Under the pieces are notes generated by a model, which saw nothing but the letters and a program-made list of their open reading frames with translations, did not search any database and was not told the origin of the DNA. This document shows, in pieces, positions 49,985 through 60,232 of a DNA stretch of 64,000 nucleotides. Where the stretch lies: contig CAVSBL010000002.1 in assembly GCA_963726255.1 (NCBI GenBank), positions 1,440,001-1,504,000 on the forward strand, read 5' to 3'. The stretch comes from Candidatus Bathyarchaeota archaeon (GTDB lineage: Archaea; Thermoproteota; Bathyarchaeia; 40CM-2-53-6). Each line of letters starts with the position of its first letter. Within the stretch, counting starts at the first letter, position 1. The translations under genes and the position numbers were made by a program.

Positions 49985-50323
49985 TCAACCCTCGAACTTC
50001 AATTCCGCTCCAACCGACTGTGTGACGAGAGAACGGAGTTCCCGGAGTCTATCCCCTCTCGGTCCACTAAAATCGGGAACCACCGCAATCACGGGTCGTT
50101 GTCTCTCTCTTGCTAGGATTGCGTCCCTTTGCGTTTTTAGAGCAGTGGATAAATTCTCAGTAAGGATTATGACTGAATATTTGCCCTCGGCCACGATTTT
50201 CTCGAGGACCTTAGCTGCTTCCTGGGGATCCCGGACCGGAAATGGAGTAACCCCAGCCATCCTGAAGCCGAGGGCAAGATACTTGTCAGCGATTACTGCG
50301 ATGCGATCGCCATCCTGGCCCAT
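49985..50323 (-). CDS. atpF: A/V-type ATP synthase subunit F
   Basis: IAVIAD...GFRMAGV and SVGAEL motifs. Confidence 0.9.
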   Translation of the reverse strand: MGQDGDRIAVIADKYLALGFRMAGVTPFPVRDPQEAAKVLEKIVAEGKYSVIILTENLSTALKTQRDAILARERQRPVIAVVPDFSGPRGDRLRELRSLVTQSVGAELKFEG

Positions 50324-50380
50324 CTTCAGTACTCTCCGCTTGTCAGGGCCTGTGCGACCCGTCACTCTGGCTACGTAAGG

Positions 50381-50590
50381 TTACCGACCTGAAACCCCGT
50401 GTGAAAGAACGGAAGCCCAATACGCCAGAATAGCAATCCATGCTAGGATGAGCAATATGGCTAGGACCCCAGCATTAAAAGACACGAGGTAAGGTACCGC
50501 GGCCGTGTACACCAAGTAAACCACTGTGCTCGTAATGATTAATCCCAGAACCCACAGAAGCACTGCAGCAACACGTGAAATGTATCCCAC
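50381..50590 (-). CDS. Small two-TM membrane protein upstream of atpF
   Basis: 69-aa hydrophobic ORF, co-oriented with the ATPase block. Confidence 0.6.
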   Translation of the reverse strand: MGYISRVAAVLLWVLGLIITSTVVYLVYTAAVPYLVSFNAGVLAILLILAWIAILAYWASVLSHGVSGR

Positions 50591-50699
50591 TAAGATAACC
50601 CTCTGAACAAGCTGCTAATCCCAATAATCAGACAGGTATGCTCACTAAATAACCTCAATGTCTCAGCCTATCCTCGCCAAGCGCCCTTTTCGGGACATG

Positions 50700-50936
50700 T
50701 CAGGTACGTCGAGTAAGTAACAGGCTGATGAACAGAGAGAGGAGGACTACGGCTCCGAACATTATCGCAATCATCTTCCCCATGGAGAAGACCGACAGCA
50801 GCAAGAGCCCTACGATCACTAGAAAGAAGAGGTTGAGCTTGAACCATCCACTCTTTCGTTGCTTGACGATCAATGCAACCAAACTCACGAGCGCAAATAA
50901 AACGAGCAGGTCTACGAGCACACGCAGCAAACTCAC
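50700..50936 (-). CDS. Small three-TM membrane protein
   Basis: 78-aa hydrophobic ORF. Confidence 0.55.
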   Translation of the reverse strand: MSLLRVLVDLLVLFALVSLVALIVKQRKSGWFKLNLFFLVIVGLLLLSVFSMGKMIAIMFGAVVLLSLFISLLLTRRT

Positions 50937-51045
50937 TTACGCCACATCCACAAACTCTGAGAATCAGTGTGCGGGAGCCCTACGTGTAAGTTCCGGTAGA
51001 TCTACTTGCCAGGCTAAGCCCACCAGAGCCTGATGTTTGTTAAGA

Positions 51046-51504
51046 CTAGTAGACGTGGACATACCATATGACTTGGACGTAGATGTCGCCGGTGAAATGT
51101 AGCGAAGGCGTCCATTGTTCGGCCTGAAACGCTGACGGCGTCACGAATAATCCAGAGACTACAACATGAGAACCGCTCAAAACCTCCGGTAGGTCCGCCA
51201 TAGGTGATAAGATCAGCCGGTAGTTGCGACCGTTGACTGCAATGTATAAAATCTGCGTCTCAGGATTTGTGCAAGGAGTGACCAACAGGCTACATGACGG
51301 GGCCAACGTCAACACCCTAAGCGTCCCTATGACCGTCACGTTTTCGCCAACCGGTTGGATTCCGATTGAGGCTGAGGATAATGCGTGGCCGATGAGTTTC
51401 GGATTTTTTGACCCCACGTAATTGTACGTGTAAACGCTAGCCACGATGAGGAAAGCAACTGCACTTAGTACTATGATGGACCTCGCAGGCGCCATGCTCT
51501 TCAA
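51046..51504 (-). CDS. Membrane-anchored hypothetical protein
   Basis: N-terminal TM, beta-rich soluble domain, GGTG upstream. Confidence 0.6.
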   Translation of the reverse strand: MKSMAPARSIIVLSAVAFLIVASVYTYNYVGSKNPKLIGHALSSASIGIQPVGENVTVIGTLRVLTLAPSCSLLVTPCTNPETQILYIAVNGRNYRLILSPMADLPEVLSGSHVVVSGLFVTPSAFQAEQWTPSLHFTGDIYVQVIWYVHVY

Positions 51505-51709
51505 AACGACACACCATTTATTTTCAGCGACTCTTTCGAACGCTAAAGATACTCTTGACTAAACTCATCAAATCCCAAAATGCCGCCGCAACCGAATTGA
51601 TTTCAACTAGCTGGCCTATCTCTCAATAGCTCGACGTTATCGCGTCAGCGTAGGTCTTTACGGTGTTCATTAGACTGTGGGCTTATTATACAACGGTCCA
51701 GAGGGTGCC

Positions 51710-52900
51710 ATGGCTCATGGAAGTGAAAGCCAGTTGACGAAGAAATTCAAACATATTGATACCAAACTCATTCACGCTGGCGAACCCGAACCGCGCATCA
51801 TGGGTGCTGTTAGTATGCCGATTTTCCAGTCGGCCATGTTCGAGTATGCCGGCGAAACAAGTTACCACGACCTCAAGTACATCCGGCTGAACAACACGCC
51901 AAACCATACTGCCCTCCATGAAAAACTGAGAGCGCTGGAGAACGCTGAAGCCTCGTTAGTAACCGCGAGCGGTATGGCGGCCATCTCCACGACCTTACTG
52001 TCCGTTCTCTCCACAGGCGACCATTTGCTTGCCCAAGACTGCCTCTACGGAGGAACCCATGATTTCGTCACGAAAGACCTTCGCACATTTGGGATATCCT
52101 ACGATTTCATTGACGCAGACGACCCAGAGTCCTGGGAGAAGAAACTGAAGCCGAACACGAAGGCGGTGTACGTCGAAACAATAACGAACCCCACCATGCA
52201 GGTTGCCGACCACAAAGCAATTGTTGAATTCGCAAAGTCCCATTCGCTGGTAACGCTCATCGATAACACCTTCGCGAGCCCAATCAACTTCCGGCCATCG
52301 GAGTGGGGCTTCGACCTATCACTCCACAGCTGCACAAAGTACCTGAACGGCCATTCAGACATTGTCGCGGGTGCCGTCATAGGCCGCGCAGAGTTGGTGG
52401 ACAGAGTCAAGCATAAGCTTGACCATTTAGGCGGATCACTCGACCCACACGCCTGCTTTCTACTCCACAGAGGAATCAAGACACTGGGAGTCAGGGTCAG
52501 GTATCAAAACGAAAGCGCACTCAAAATTGCAAAATTCCTACAAGGCCACTCAGCCATTCAGAAAGTCAACTACCCAGGCCTCGACACCAACCCGCAGCAC
52601 GCAAGGGCACGCGAACTGTTTGATGGTTTCGGGGGCATGCTAAGCTTCGAACTCAAAGGAGGAGCTACCGCAGCGCAGCAATTCATGAAGCGCACGACAC
52701 TGCCAATAATAGCTCCCAGCCTCGGTGGCGTGGAAACATTACTCACCTTACCATCAAAGACATCGCACTCCGGAATGTCGCCAGAAGACCGAAACGCGCT
52801 TGGAATCTCCGACGGACTCATCCGCATGTCGGTCGGAATAGAGGCAACAGAAGACATAATCGAAGATTTCCAACAGGCCTTGGGCTCATCAGCTCATTGA
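51710..52900 (+). CDS. PLP-dependent cystathionine gamma-synthase/lyase family
   Basis: SGMAAI, DNTFASP, HSCTKYLNGHSD and SLGGVETL motifs. Confidence 0.92.
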   Translation: MAHGSESQLTKKFKHIDTKLIHAGEPEPRIMGAVSMPIFQSAMFEYAGETSYHDLKYIRLNNTPNHTALHEKLRALENAEASLVTASGMAAISTTLLSVLSTGDHLLAQDCLYGGTHDFVTKDLRTFGISYDFIDADDPESWEKKLKPNTKAVYVETITNPTMQVADHKAIVEFAKSHSLVTLIDNTFASPINFRPSEWGFDLSLHSCTKYLNGHSDIVAGAVIGRAELVDRVKHKLDHLGGSLDPHACFLLHRGIKTLGVRVRYQNESALKIAKFLQGHSAIQKVNYPGLDTNPQHARARELFDGFGGMLSFELKGGATAAQQFMKRTTLPIIAPSLGGVETLLTLPSKTSHSGMSPEDRNALGISDGLIRMSVGIEATEDIIEDFQQALGSSAH

Positions 52901-53045
52901 ACAACAACCCGCTTCTAGTCTGAAAAACCAATGCATGGCGCTTAAGCGCGGTATGGGAAGTGATGTTTAGTCTGATTGCTGAGTAATGTGTAAATATGGA
53001 TTCAACTACGGGCCGTAGTTCGAATCCTAAGGATATGGTTCCGTC

Positions 53046-54269
53046 TTGAAACCCAAACCAATTATCTCGCAAAAGATTGCCGTCGTCCTAATCATCTCGG
53101 TTATGGTCCTGGTATCGCTTTCGGCGTATTCGAGCTTTGTCGTCTTGTCGGAAGCCTCCCAAATCTCACAACTGAAGAGGCTTAGCTCCAATTTGCAAGC
53201 CAGGAACAGCCAATTGGAAAACGCCCTGTCGTCTCAGGCTCCGCTTGCCGGAAACGCTTCTTTCGGCCTCAGTCCGGTTACGATATATGACAGCTCAAAT
53301 CGCAGCGTGGTAACGGTTCAGAGCACCCAGGTCTCCGTTGTTGAAACCATTTTTGGGCCGCAGACCACAACATCGAGCGTGCTTGGGTCGGGTTTCGTGG
53401 TGGACTATTCGAACGCATATTACATAGTGACTAACTTTCACGTGATCGATAGCACCGTCAACACTACCGTAACATTCTGGGACGGTGACTCCTACCCAGC
53501 GAAAGTAATAGGCTCCGACCCCCTCAGCGACATAGCTGTAATTGTAACACATGCGTCGGAGAGCGACCTCCACCCCCTCGAATTCGCATCATCATCTTAC
53601 CTTAGGGTCGGACAGATAGTGATGGCAATCGGTAGCCCCTTCGGCCTTACAGGTTCCATCACATATGGAATAGTAAGCCAGTTGGGGAGAAACATTCAGT
53701 ATCAATCTGCCACTCAGGCAATCTCAGTGGCGGACGTTATCCAGTTCAGTGCCCCCATAAACCCAGGAAATTCTGGAGGACCACTCTTAGACGCTGCTGG
53801 AAGGGTGGTAGGAATCACAACCGCCACAGCAAGTGGCTCCCAAGGTGTCGGTTTCGCGATTCCATCCGACACCATACTTCAGGAGCTCCCCTCTATCATA
53901 ACTAGCGGGGGGTACCATAACCATCCAGCGATGGGAATTGAAGCTGTCGACGTGAATTACGAACTCTCACAAGCGGCGGGCGCAAACGTGACCTACGGCG
54001 TATTAATAGAAAAGACCGTTTTAGGAGGGCCGGCAGACCGAGCAGGCCTGAAAGGCGGGCAGCAAATTGTCACAATCAGCGGCCAACAGTACCTTATCGG
54101 CGGAGACATCATAGTTTCCGTGGACGGAAGCAGGATAGTGAATTATGATGCGCTCTCAACATATTTGGAGAGATACGTCCTCCCGGGACAGACAATTCGG
54201 GTGGGCATAATCAGGTCAGGAAGTTACCAAGAAATACAGGTCACAGTTGGCGCTGCAACCGTCCCATAG
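53046..54269 (+). CDS. Membrane-anchored HtrA-like serine protease with PDZ
   Basis: N-terminal TM, TNFHV, DIAVI, GNSGGPL, C-terminal PDZ. Confidence 0.9.
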   Translation: MKPKPIISQKIAVVLIISVMVLVSLSAYSSFVVLSEASQISQLKRLSSNLQARNSQLENALSSQAPLAGNASFGLSPVTIYDSSNRSVVTVQSTQVSVVETIFGPQTTTSSVLGSGFVVDYSNAYYIVTNFHVIDSTVNTTVTFWDGDSYPAKVIGSDPLSDIAVIVTHASESDLHPLEFASSSYLRVGQIVMAIGSPFGLTGSITYGIVSQLGRNIQYQSATQAISVADVIQFSAPINPGNSGGPLLDAAGRVVGITTATASGSQGVGFAIPSDTILQELPSIITSGGYHNHPAMGIEAVDVNYELSQAAGANVTYGVLIEKTVLGGPADRAGLKGGQQIVTISGQQYLIGGDIIVSVDGSRIVNYDALSTYLERYVLPGQTIRVGIIRSGSYQEIQVTVGAATVP

Positions 54270-54414
54270 ATGAGGAAAAGCTGTCTCAACATCCTGTTTG
54301 CTATTGGGCAAGCTGAACTGCGAAGTACGTTATGAGGTCAAGGCGAAAGCGCAAGCTCTATTGTGTGGATAAACGATTCATCCGATAGTACCAATGAAGG
54401 GATGAAACTGCAGC

Positions 54415-54627
54415 TTGAGTAGGAAGAAAGGCGTGTCGACTGCTGCTTACGTGTTGACCGCCGTGGGGATAGTGGGAATCATCATTTCTCTCGTTACAGA
54501 ACAGTCCGACTACGATCCAGTTGCGTTTGGAATCGCTACCGTTTCAATCTTGATAGCGATTGCCGGCATTGCTCTCGCGTTCAGAATGCCTAATGACAAA
54601 GAAGGAAATAGACCGACAGCCTCTTAG
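54415..54627 (+). CDS. Small two-TM membrane protein
   Basis: 70 aa with two hydrophobic helices. Confidence 0.55.
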   Translation: MSRKKGVSTAAYVLTAVGIVGIIISLVTEQSDYDPVAFGIATVSILIAIAGIALAFRMPNDKEGNRPTAS

Positions 54628-54796
54628 ATGGATTCTAACCTACGTGCGTTATTCCACAGCCTGGCTTCACTTGCTTCCTAACCGTTACGCTGACTTCATC
54701 GACCATTGTCAGTTATTCCCCTCTACCTCGAGTATTGGCAGTTGTGAAGAGTTTTTCTCTGAGAGGATTGGTTTGGCGTAGCCTAGTGTCTAAACC

Positions 54797-56233
54797 GTGC
54801 AGTATCGGTGGGTTGTCCTTTCAGTTACGACAGTCGGCATCTTCATGGCCGGCCTTGACACGCGCATCGTTCTGATCGGCCTTCCCACAATAGCCGAATC
54901 GCTTCGAACTGACCTTGAAACATTGCTATGGGTGACTCAGGGCTACCAGATTGCAATAACGATTGGACTGCTCTTCCTCGGTCGATTCACCGACATCTTC
55001 GGGCGGGTGAAGGTCTACAATCTGGGTTTTGCAATTTTTACTGTCGGTTCTGGGCTTTGCGTTTTTGCGCAAACGGGAGAACAACTGATGATTTTCCGGA
55101 TTATCCAAGGCGCAGGGGCAGCCATGTTGATCGCTAACAGCGCAGCCCTAATTACCGACGCGACGCCGGCGGCGGAGCTTGGCTTTGCTCTTGGGGTTAA
55201 CCAGATTGCGTTTACGCTCGGCGCGGTTCTTGGGTTAACTGTAGGTGGCGTGTTGATCGATACAGTAGGATGGAGAAGCATATTCACACTGAACGTTCCC
55301 ATCGGGATCTTTGGTACTCTCTGGGCTCACCTTCGTCTAAAGGAAATTGCCCAAACCGAAAGACTTGCTAACTTTGATTATGCGGGCCTCTGCTTGTTCA
55401 CGACTTCTCTGACATCGCTTCTGTTGGTGATCACATTCCAGACTATGGCTGCAATCGATAACATCGGAGCCGCAATACTCTATGTCATCAGCATAGTGAC
55501 CTTTGCGCTTTTTCTCTATCTCGAACCGCGCAGGGCTGAGCCGATTCTGGATATGCGGCTCTTCAAAATTCGGCTCTTCTCAGCGGGCAACGTTAGTCAA
55601 TTCTTGTATTCTCTCGGTTTTGGCTCCCTAAGTCTCATCATAATTCTATACTTCCAACTCATTCGAGGGTATACCGCGCTCACTGCTGGACTGCTCTTTC
55701 TACCATTAGATGTCGCCTTCGTGAGCATTGGCCCAATAAGTGGCAAACTTTCGGACAGGTATGGGACACGGGGGTTGGCCACTCTAGGAATGGCTGTGGG
55801 AACAGTTGGTTACGTTGCACTTGCATTTCTTGTAAGTGCTACGACTCCGATAATACAGATAGAGATCGTTCTCATTTTGGTCGGCCTAGGGTTGGGGCTT
55901 TTCTCATCTCCAAACATCAGCGCAGTAATGGGCTCTGTTCCCCCTCAACGGCGTGGCGTTGCCTCAGGAATCAGAGCAACCGTCTTCAACACGGGTAGTG
56001 TGTTAAGCATCGGCCTCGTAGCATACATAATCACGACGGCCATCCCGTACCAAGTTGTATCCGGCATAATCATTGGTGGCTACACGACCCTCATGCCTGG
56101 AGAGGCGTTAGGCTTTGTGACCGGCATCGGCCGCGCATTCCTTGTTGCCGCCGTGATCACCTTGATAGGAATGTTCGCATCGAGCCTACGCGGGCCTGAA
56201 ACGAAGACACATACAGACCTTACCGCAAAATGA
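54797..56233 (+). CDS. MFS transporter (DHA2/EmrB-QacA type)
   Basis: GRFTDIFGR, RIIQGAG and WRSIFTLNVPIG motifs, about 14 TM. Confidence 0.92.
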   Translation: MQYRWVVLSVTTVGIFMAGLDTRIVLIGLPTIAESLRTDLETLLWVTQGYQIAITIGLLFLGRFTDIFGRVKVYNLGFAIFTVGSGLCVFAQTGEQLMIFRIIQGAGAAMLIANSAALITDATPAAELGFALGVNQIAFTLGAVLGLTVGGVLIDTVGWRSIFTLNVPIGIFGTLWAHLRLKEIAQTERLANFDYAGLCLFTTSLTSLLLVITFQTMAAIDNIGAAILYVISIVTFALFLYLEPRRAEPILDMRLFKIRLFSAGNVSQFLYSLGFGSLSLIIILYFQLIRGYTALTAGLLFLPLDVAFVSIGPISGKLSDRYGTRGLATLGMAVGTVGYVALAFLVSATTPIIQIEIVLILVGLGLGLFSSPNISAVMGSVPPQRRGVASGIRATVFNTGSVLSIGLVAYIITTAIPYQVVSGIIIGGYTTLMPGEALGFVTGIGRAFLVAAVITLIGMFASSLRGPETKTHTDLTAK

Positions 56234-56259
56234 GATTAAAGCACTCAAGCGAAACTTGC

Positions 56260-56745
56260 TTAGTTCTCACTGATATCGGCGATTTTAGGGCCCAGAATGG
56301 TAACGATGTCTCTAATCCTAACCTCCAGTAGCTTGTCAACATCTCCCCCACCAACGATTGCCGTTTCGTTCTTGAGAACCTGCGGGTCGAGCAGGATGCG
56401 ATGAATGTCGCTGAAGGGACACACCCCTCCAGCAGGATAGCCCGAATGTTTCAGCACTTCCTCGCGGCTCGCGAGCCGGACGTCACTCACAGCGAGGATA
56501 GTCTTGAGCTTCTTGTGGCTAACCTTGCTTTTCGCCGGCACAATTGCGAGCAACGAATCGCCGGCTGAGTCAACCATCACGATAGACTTGACAATCTTCT
56601 CAACCTCAACATTTCTCGCGGCCTGTTCAACCGTCTTCACGGGCTCGTTGAACTCGATGAAGCGGTGCCAAACCTTCTTGGAGCCGAGCAGCAGCCTAAG
56701 TTTCTCAGCGTAATTCGACGATGGCAACATCTCATTAGAGGGCAT
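56260..56745 (-). CDS. YbaK/EbsC aminoacyl-tRNA deacylase
   Basis: IVKSIV, SGYPAGGVCPF and GGG motifs. Confidence 0.85.
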   Translation of the reverse strand: MPSNEMLPSSNYAEKLRLLLGSKKVWHRFIEFNEPVKTVEQAARNVEVEKIVKSIVMVDSAGDSLLAIVPAKSKVSHKKLKTILAVSDVRLASREEVLKHSGYPAGGVCPFSDIHRILLDPQVLKNETAIVGGGDVDKLLEVRIRDIVTILGPKIADISEN

Positions 56746-56864
56746 TAATGGGGCCAGCTTCCCAAATCTAGGCGATTTAGGTAAACATATTGTTCGAGCA
56801 AACCGCGAAACTCGAAAACCTGTATTAAGAGCATGATGAAACTTCATTCTTGAAGGTGCGGTAA

Positions 56865-57269
56865 ATGCCGCAACGCGCGGGTCTTACAGCTGCTGACATT
56901 ATGACTGAGAATGTTGTGACCAGTGGACCACACGACGGCCTCTGGAGAATCGCGACTCAGATGCAACGCCACAATATTGGATCGGTTGTAATAACGGAAA
57001 AGGGAAAAATACTCGGCATATTGACGGAGAGGGATTTTGTCCGAATAGTTGAACAAGTAGGGGCTTTGCTTGAGAAAAATCTAGCCATACATCATATGAC
57101 CAAGCCCGTCCTTACCGTGCAGTCTGACACGCCGTTGGTGGAAGTCACCAAGCTCATGCGTGAGAAGCATATTAGGCATCTGATTGTGTTAGACAAGAAT
57201 GGTGAAGTGGGGGGAATAATAAGTTCCCGGGACCTGATGAAGGTTACAACTGACATTATGGCGGTCTAA
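56865..57269 (+). CDS. CBS domain pair protein
   Basis: GILTERDF and GIISSRDL motifs. Confidence 0.88.
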   Translation: MPQRAGLTAADIMTENVVTSGPHDGLWRIATQMQRHNIGSVVITEKGKILGILTERDFVRIVEQVGALLEKNLAIHHMTKPVLTVQSDTPLVEVTKLMREKHIRHLIVLDKNGEVGGIISSRDLMKVTTDIMAV

Positions 57270-57316
57270 CGAAACGCGAACGAACTGCCCTTCTTCGATT
57301 CTGGATCGAAGTGACG

Positions 57317-57787
57317 TTACGGGGACGTGAATTCGGCTACGGTTGGTCCTACTAGGTTGACTAATGCTCGAGTGCTGATCTTCACGCTTTTCGTATGCGA
57401 CCCAGGGTTAAAGTAGACATGCTCCTGGCTCAAGAGGGCTTCATCAAAGAATGTTTCGAGGTTGATGATATTCCCGAGCGGGTAGACGCAGCCTACTGAA
57501 CACCGTGTAATCTCTTCAGCCTCTTCCTTTGGAGCCAAAGAAATAGGCGCTGACTTGGTAATTGTGCCTAACCGGTGGAAGTCAATTTTCTTGTTTCCCG
57601 GGAGAACGGCGAGCACGAAGGTGCCGTCGCTTTTTTTCGCTACCATTGACTTTGCGATATGCGCTTCATCGGTCTTGAGGAATTTCGCCATCTGTGGGCA
57701 AGTGTAGACAGGGTTGTGTTCGAAGACCTCAAATTCAATTCCTTGTGCCTTGAGCGAGGACAGAATCTTCTCTTCGATTTCAGTCAT
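57317..57787 (-). CDS. YbaK/ProX-like aminoacyl-tRNA deacylase
   Basis: EH..VYT, IAKSMV, GCVYPLG and FNPGSH motifs. Confidence 0.88.
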   Translation of the reverse strand: MTEIEEKILSSLKAQGIEFEVFEHNPVYTCPQMAKFLKTDEAHIAKSMVAKKSDGTFVLAVLPGNKKIDFHRLGTITKSAPISLAPKEEAEEITRCSVGCVYPLGNIINLETFFDEALLSQEHVYFNPGSHTKSVKISTRALVNLVGPTVAEFTSP

Positions 57788-57793
57788 GTGGGT

Positions 57794-59407
57794 CTATTTC
57801 ACGATCCACCTTGATTGCTCGCGCATGAATTGTTGTACGTAATACGGGCCTAATCCGCTTTTGCCAGTGGAGCCACTTCCTTTCCATCCTCCAAAGGAGT
57901 TGACCCCAGGCCATGCACCGGTAGTCGCACCTGCGCGCCTGTTCGCGTAGGTTACACCGGCCTGTATCTGGTCGAAGAAGGTTTGCATTTCCTTTTTCTC
58001 TTTCGTGTAGATCCCAGCGCAGAGCCCGAATTCGGTCTCGTTCGCGAGTCTGAGCGCATCGTCAAATGATTCTACGCCTGCGACTACAACAAACGGTACG
58101 AACAGTTCTTCCTTGAACAGCCGGTGAGTTGGCGGCAAACCATCTACTATTGCTGGTTCGACGAAGTAGCCGTTGTCGTACCCGCCACCCCGCAGTGTGC
58201 TACCTCCAGTGATGAACCTGGCGCCGTCCCGCCTTGCATCTTCTGCCGCTCGCTGGTATGTTTCAACGGCGGCTTTGGTGATGATTGGGCCCAAGAATGT
58301 CTCTTTCCGCGTGGGGTCGCCTACCTTCACGAATTTCTGAGTGTAATCTTTCAGAGATTCTAAGAACCTGTCCTTGACACGTCGGTCAACGTACACGCGT
58401 GAGCATGCGCTGCACTTCTGTCCTCCAAACCCGAAGGCTGCTCGCATGACCCCCTCCGCAGCCTGGTCAAGGTCTGCGTTAGCGGTGATTATTGCTGGAT
58501 TCTTGCCTCCCATCTCCGTAATGACGGGTTTGGGGTAATCTTTTGCGAAGTGGTGGTACACCTGCATCCCCACATCCTTCGAGCCCGTGAAAACGAGCCC
58601 ATCAACCCCTGGGTTTTCTTGGAGTTCGACGCCCACCGTTCCGCCCGGTCCAGTGACAAAGTTGTATACGCCGCGTGGGATTCCAGCGTCAATGAAGGCT
58701 CTGCAGAGCTCGTAACCTAGCAATGGTGAATCGCTTGACGGTTTGAAGACGGCTGTGTTTCCCGCGGCGAGGACGCCTGCGGACATGCCGGTGGTCAATG
58801 CGAGTGGGAAGTTCCATGGGCCAATAACTGCCCAGACTCCGTACGGCCGGAGTATGCTTTCCGTCTCCTGTCCTGGCCCTGGTGGTTCAAGTGGCCGCAA
58901 GAAACCTTTGTTGAGTTCCATCTGCTCGCAGTAGTAACGGACTAGCTCGGCGGCTTCGTTAACTTCTGCTAAGGATTCGGAGCGGCTCTTACCGACTTCG
59001 AAGGCCATCCAAGCCGATAGTTCATATCGCCTTTCAATTATCAGGTCGGCGGCCTTGCGTAGGATTGCGATTCGATCCTTGTATGGTGTCGCGGCCCATT
59101 TTGGATACGCCTGCCTAGCTGCTGCAATTGCAGATTTTACGTCGTCCGTAGTGCCCTTCGGAAAGTAGCTTACTGTTAAGCGAGTGTCTACAGGGGAAAC
59201 GTGAACCATTTCCTCGCCGGTTGCTGGCCGTTCCTGTCCGTTAATGAAGATTGGGTAGTGCTTACCAAGCTTGGCCCTCACCTCCTCAACCGCCGTTTCG
59301 TACGCTTTATCGTCCTTAGGTGTCACCTTGAGGGTTGCGTACGTGATTCGGGGCACCTTTGCTGTCGACTTGCTTCTCGTTTTTCTCTTCGCTTTCTTTG
59401 CCACCAC
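57794..59407 (-). CDS. Aldehyde dehydrogenase, 1-pyrroline-5-carboxylate dehydrogenase-like
   Basis: PWNFP, FTGS, EMGGKN, GQKCSACSR, EELF and FGGWKGSG motifs. Confidence 0.9.
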   Translation of the reverse strand: MVAKKAKRKTRSKSTAKVPRITYATLKVTPKDDKAYETAVEEVRAKLGKHYPIFINGQERPATGEEMVHVSPVDTRLTVSYFPKGTTDDVKSAIAAARQAYPKWAATPYKDRIAILRKAADLIIERRYELSAWMAFEVGKSRSESLAEVNEAAELVRYYCEQMELNKGFLRPLEPPGPGQETESILRPYGVWAVIGPWNFPLALTTGMSAGVLAAGNTAVFKPSSDSPLLGYELCRAFIDAGIPRGVYNFVTGPGGTVGVELQENPGVDGLVFTGSKDVGMQVYHHFAKDYPKPVITEMGGKNPAIITANADLDQAAEGVMRAAFGFGGQKCSACSRVYVDRRVKDRFLESLKDYTQKFVKVGDPTRKETFLGPIITKAAVETYQRAAEDARRDGARFITGGSTLRGGGYDNGYFVEPAIVDGLPPTHRLFKEELFVPFVVVAGVESFDDALRLANETEFGLCAGIYTKEKKEMQTFFDQIQAGVTYANRRAGATTGAWPGVNSFGGWKGSGSTGKSGLGPYYVQQFMREQSRWIVK

Positions 59408-59515
59408 TAATCATTCCCTCAGATTCGATTGAATCTTGATTACTTGAATTTACCTAGAGCCTCTCCATTATGGGATTATGAGCAGGGCGTGCTTATTTCG
59501 CCGTATTGTAGCCGA

Positions 59516-60229
59516 TTACGAGGCCAGGACCCCCAGGTAAAGCCTCCCGAGTTCCCTGTGTTCGAGCAGTTCCCGAGCGGTTCCTTCGAAAGTATTCTTG
59601 CCACCCACCAGCAGGTAAGCAATGTCGCCTATCTCCAGGGCGCGTTTTGCGTTTTGCTCTGCGAGAATCACGGTCAAGCCGATATCTTTGGCGAGCGACG
59701 CAATGAGGTTTAGGACCTGTGTTGCAATTTTCGGCGCCAAATTTGCGGTCGGTTCATCGAACATCATTACGTTTGGTTCCCTGACGAGCGCTAAGGCCAT
59801 CGCAAGCATCTGCCGCTCTCCACCACTAAGGCTGAATGCTTTGGTGTTCGTGTAGGCTGAAAGCTGTGGAAAGAGTTCGAAGATTCTCTTTAGTCGTCTC
59901 CGATAATCGTCTTGGCTAATCTTGTACCCCGCAAGTTTCAGGTTCTCTGTGATAGTGAGGTTCGTGAATACATTGTCGGTCTGGGGGAGAAAAGCGATAC
60001 CGCTTCTGGCTATTTTATGAGAGGGCCAGCCTGTGATATCCTGCTCGTTATGTTTTATCGTTCCCTGATATAGCGTCGTGAGGCCGGCGACCGTTTTCAG
60101 GAGTGTGCTCTTGCCCGAGCCGTTTGGGCCGACGATGACGGTGACCTCGCTGGCTTTGGCGTTCAGCCTAACGCCGTTGAGAATTTGAAGTTTCCCGTAG
60201 CCAGCGAAGACATCTTTGACGTCCAGCAA
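59516..60229 (-). CDS. livF: Branched-chain amino acid ABC transporter ATPase
   Basis: GPNGSGKST, LSGGERQ, DEP and EQN motifs. Confidence 0.9.
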   Translation of the reverse strand: MLDVKDVFAGYGKLQILNGVRLNAKASEVTVIVGPNGSGKSTLLKTVAGLTTLYQGTIKHNEQDITGWPSHKIARSGIAFLPQTDNVFTNLTITENLKLAGYKISQDDYRRRLKRIFELFPQLSAYTNTKAFSLSGGERQMLAMALALVREPNVMMFDEPTANLAPKIATQVLNLIASLAKDIGLTVILAEQNAKRALEIGDIAYLLVGGKNTFEGTARELLEHRELGRLYLGVLAS

Positions 60230-60232
60230 TTT

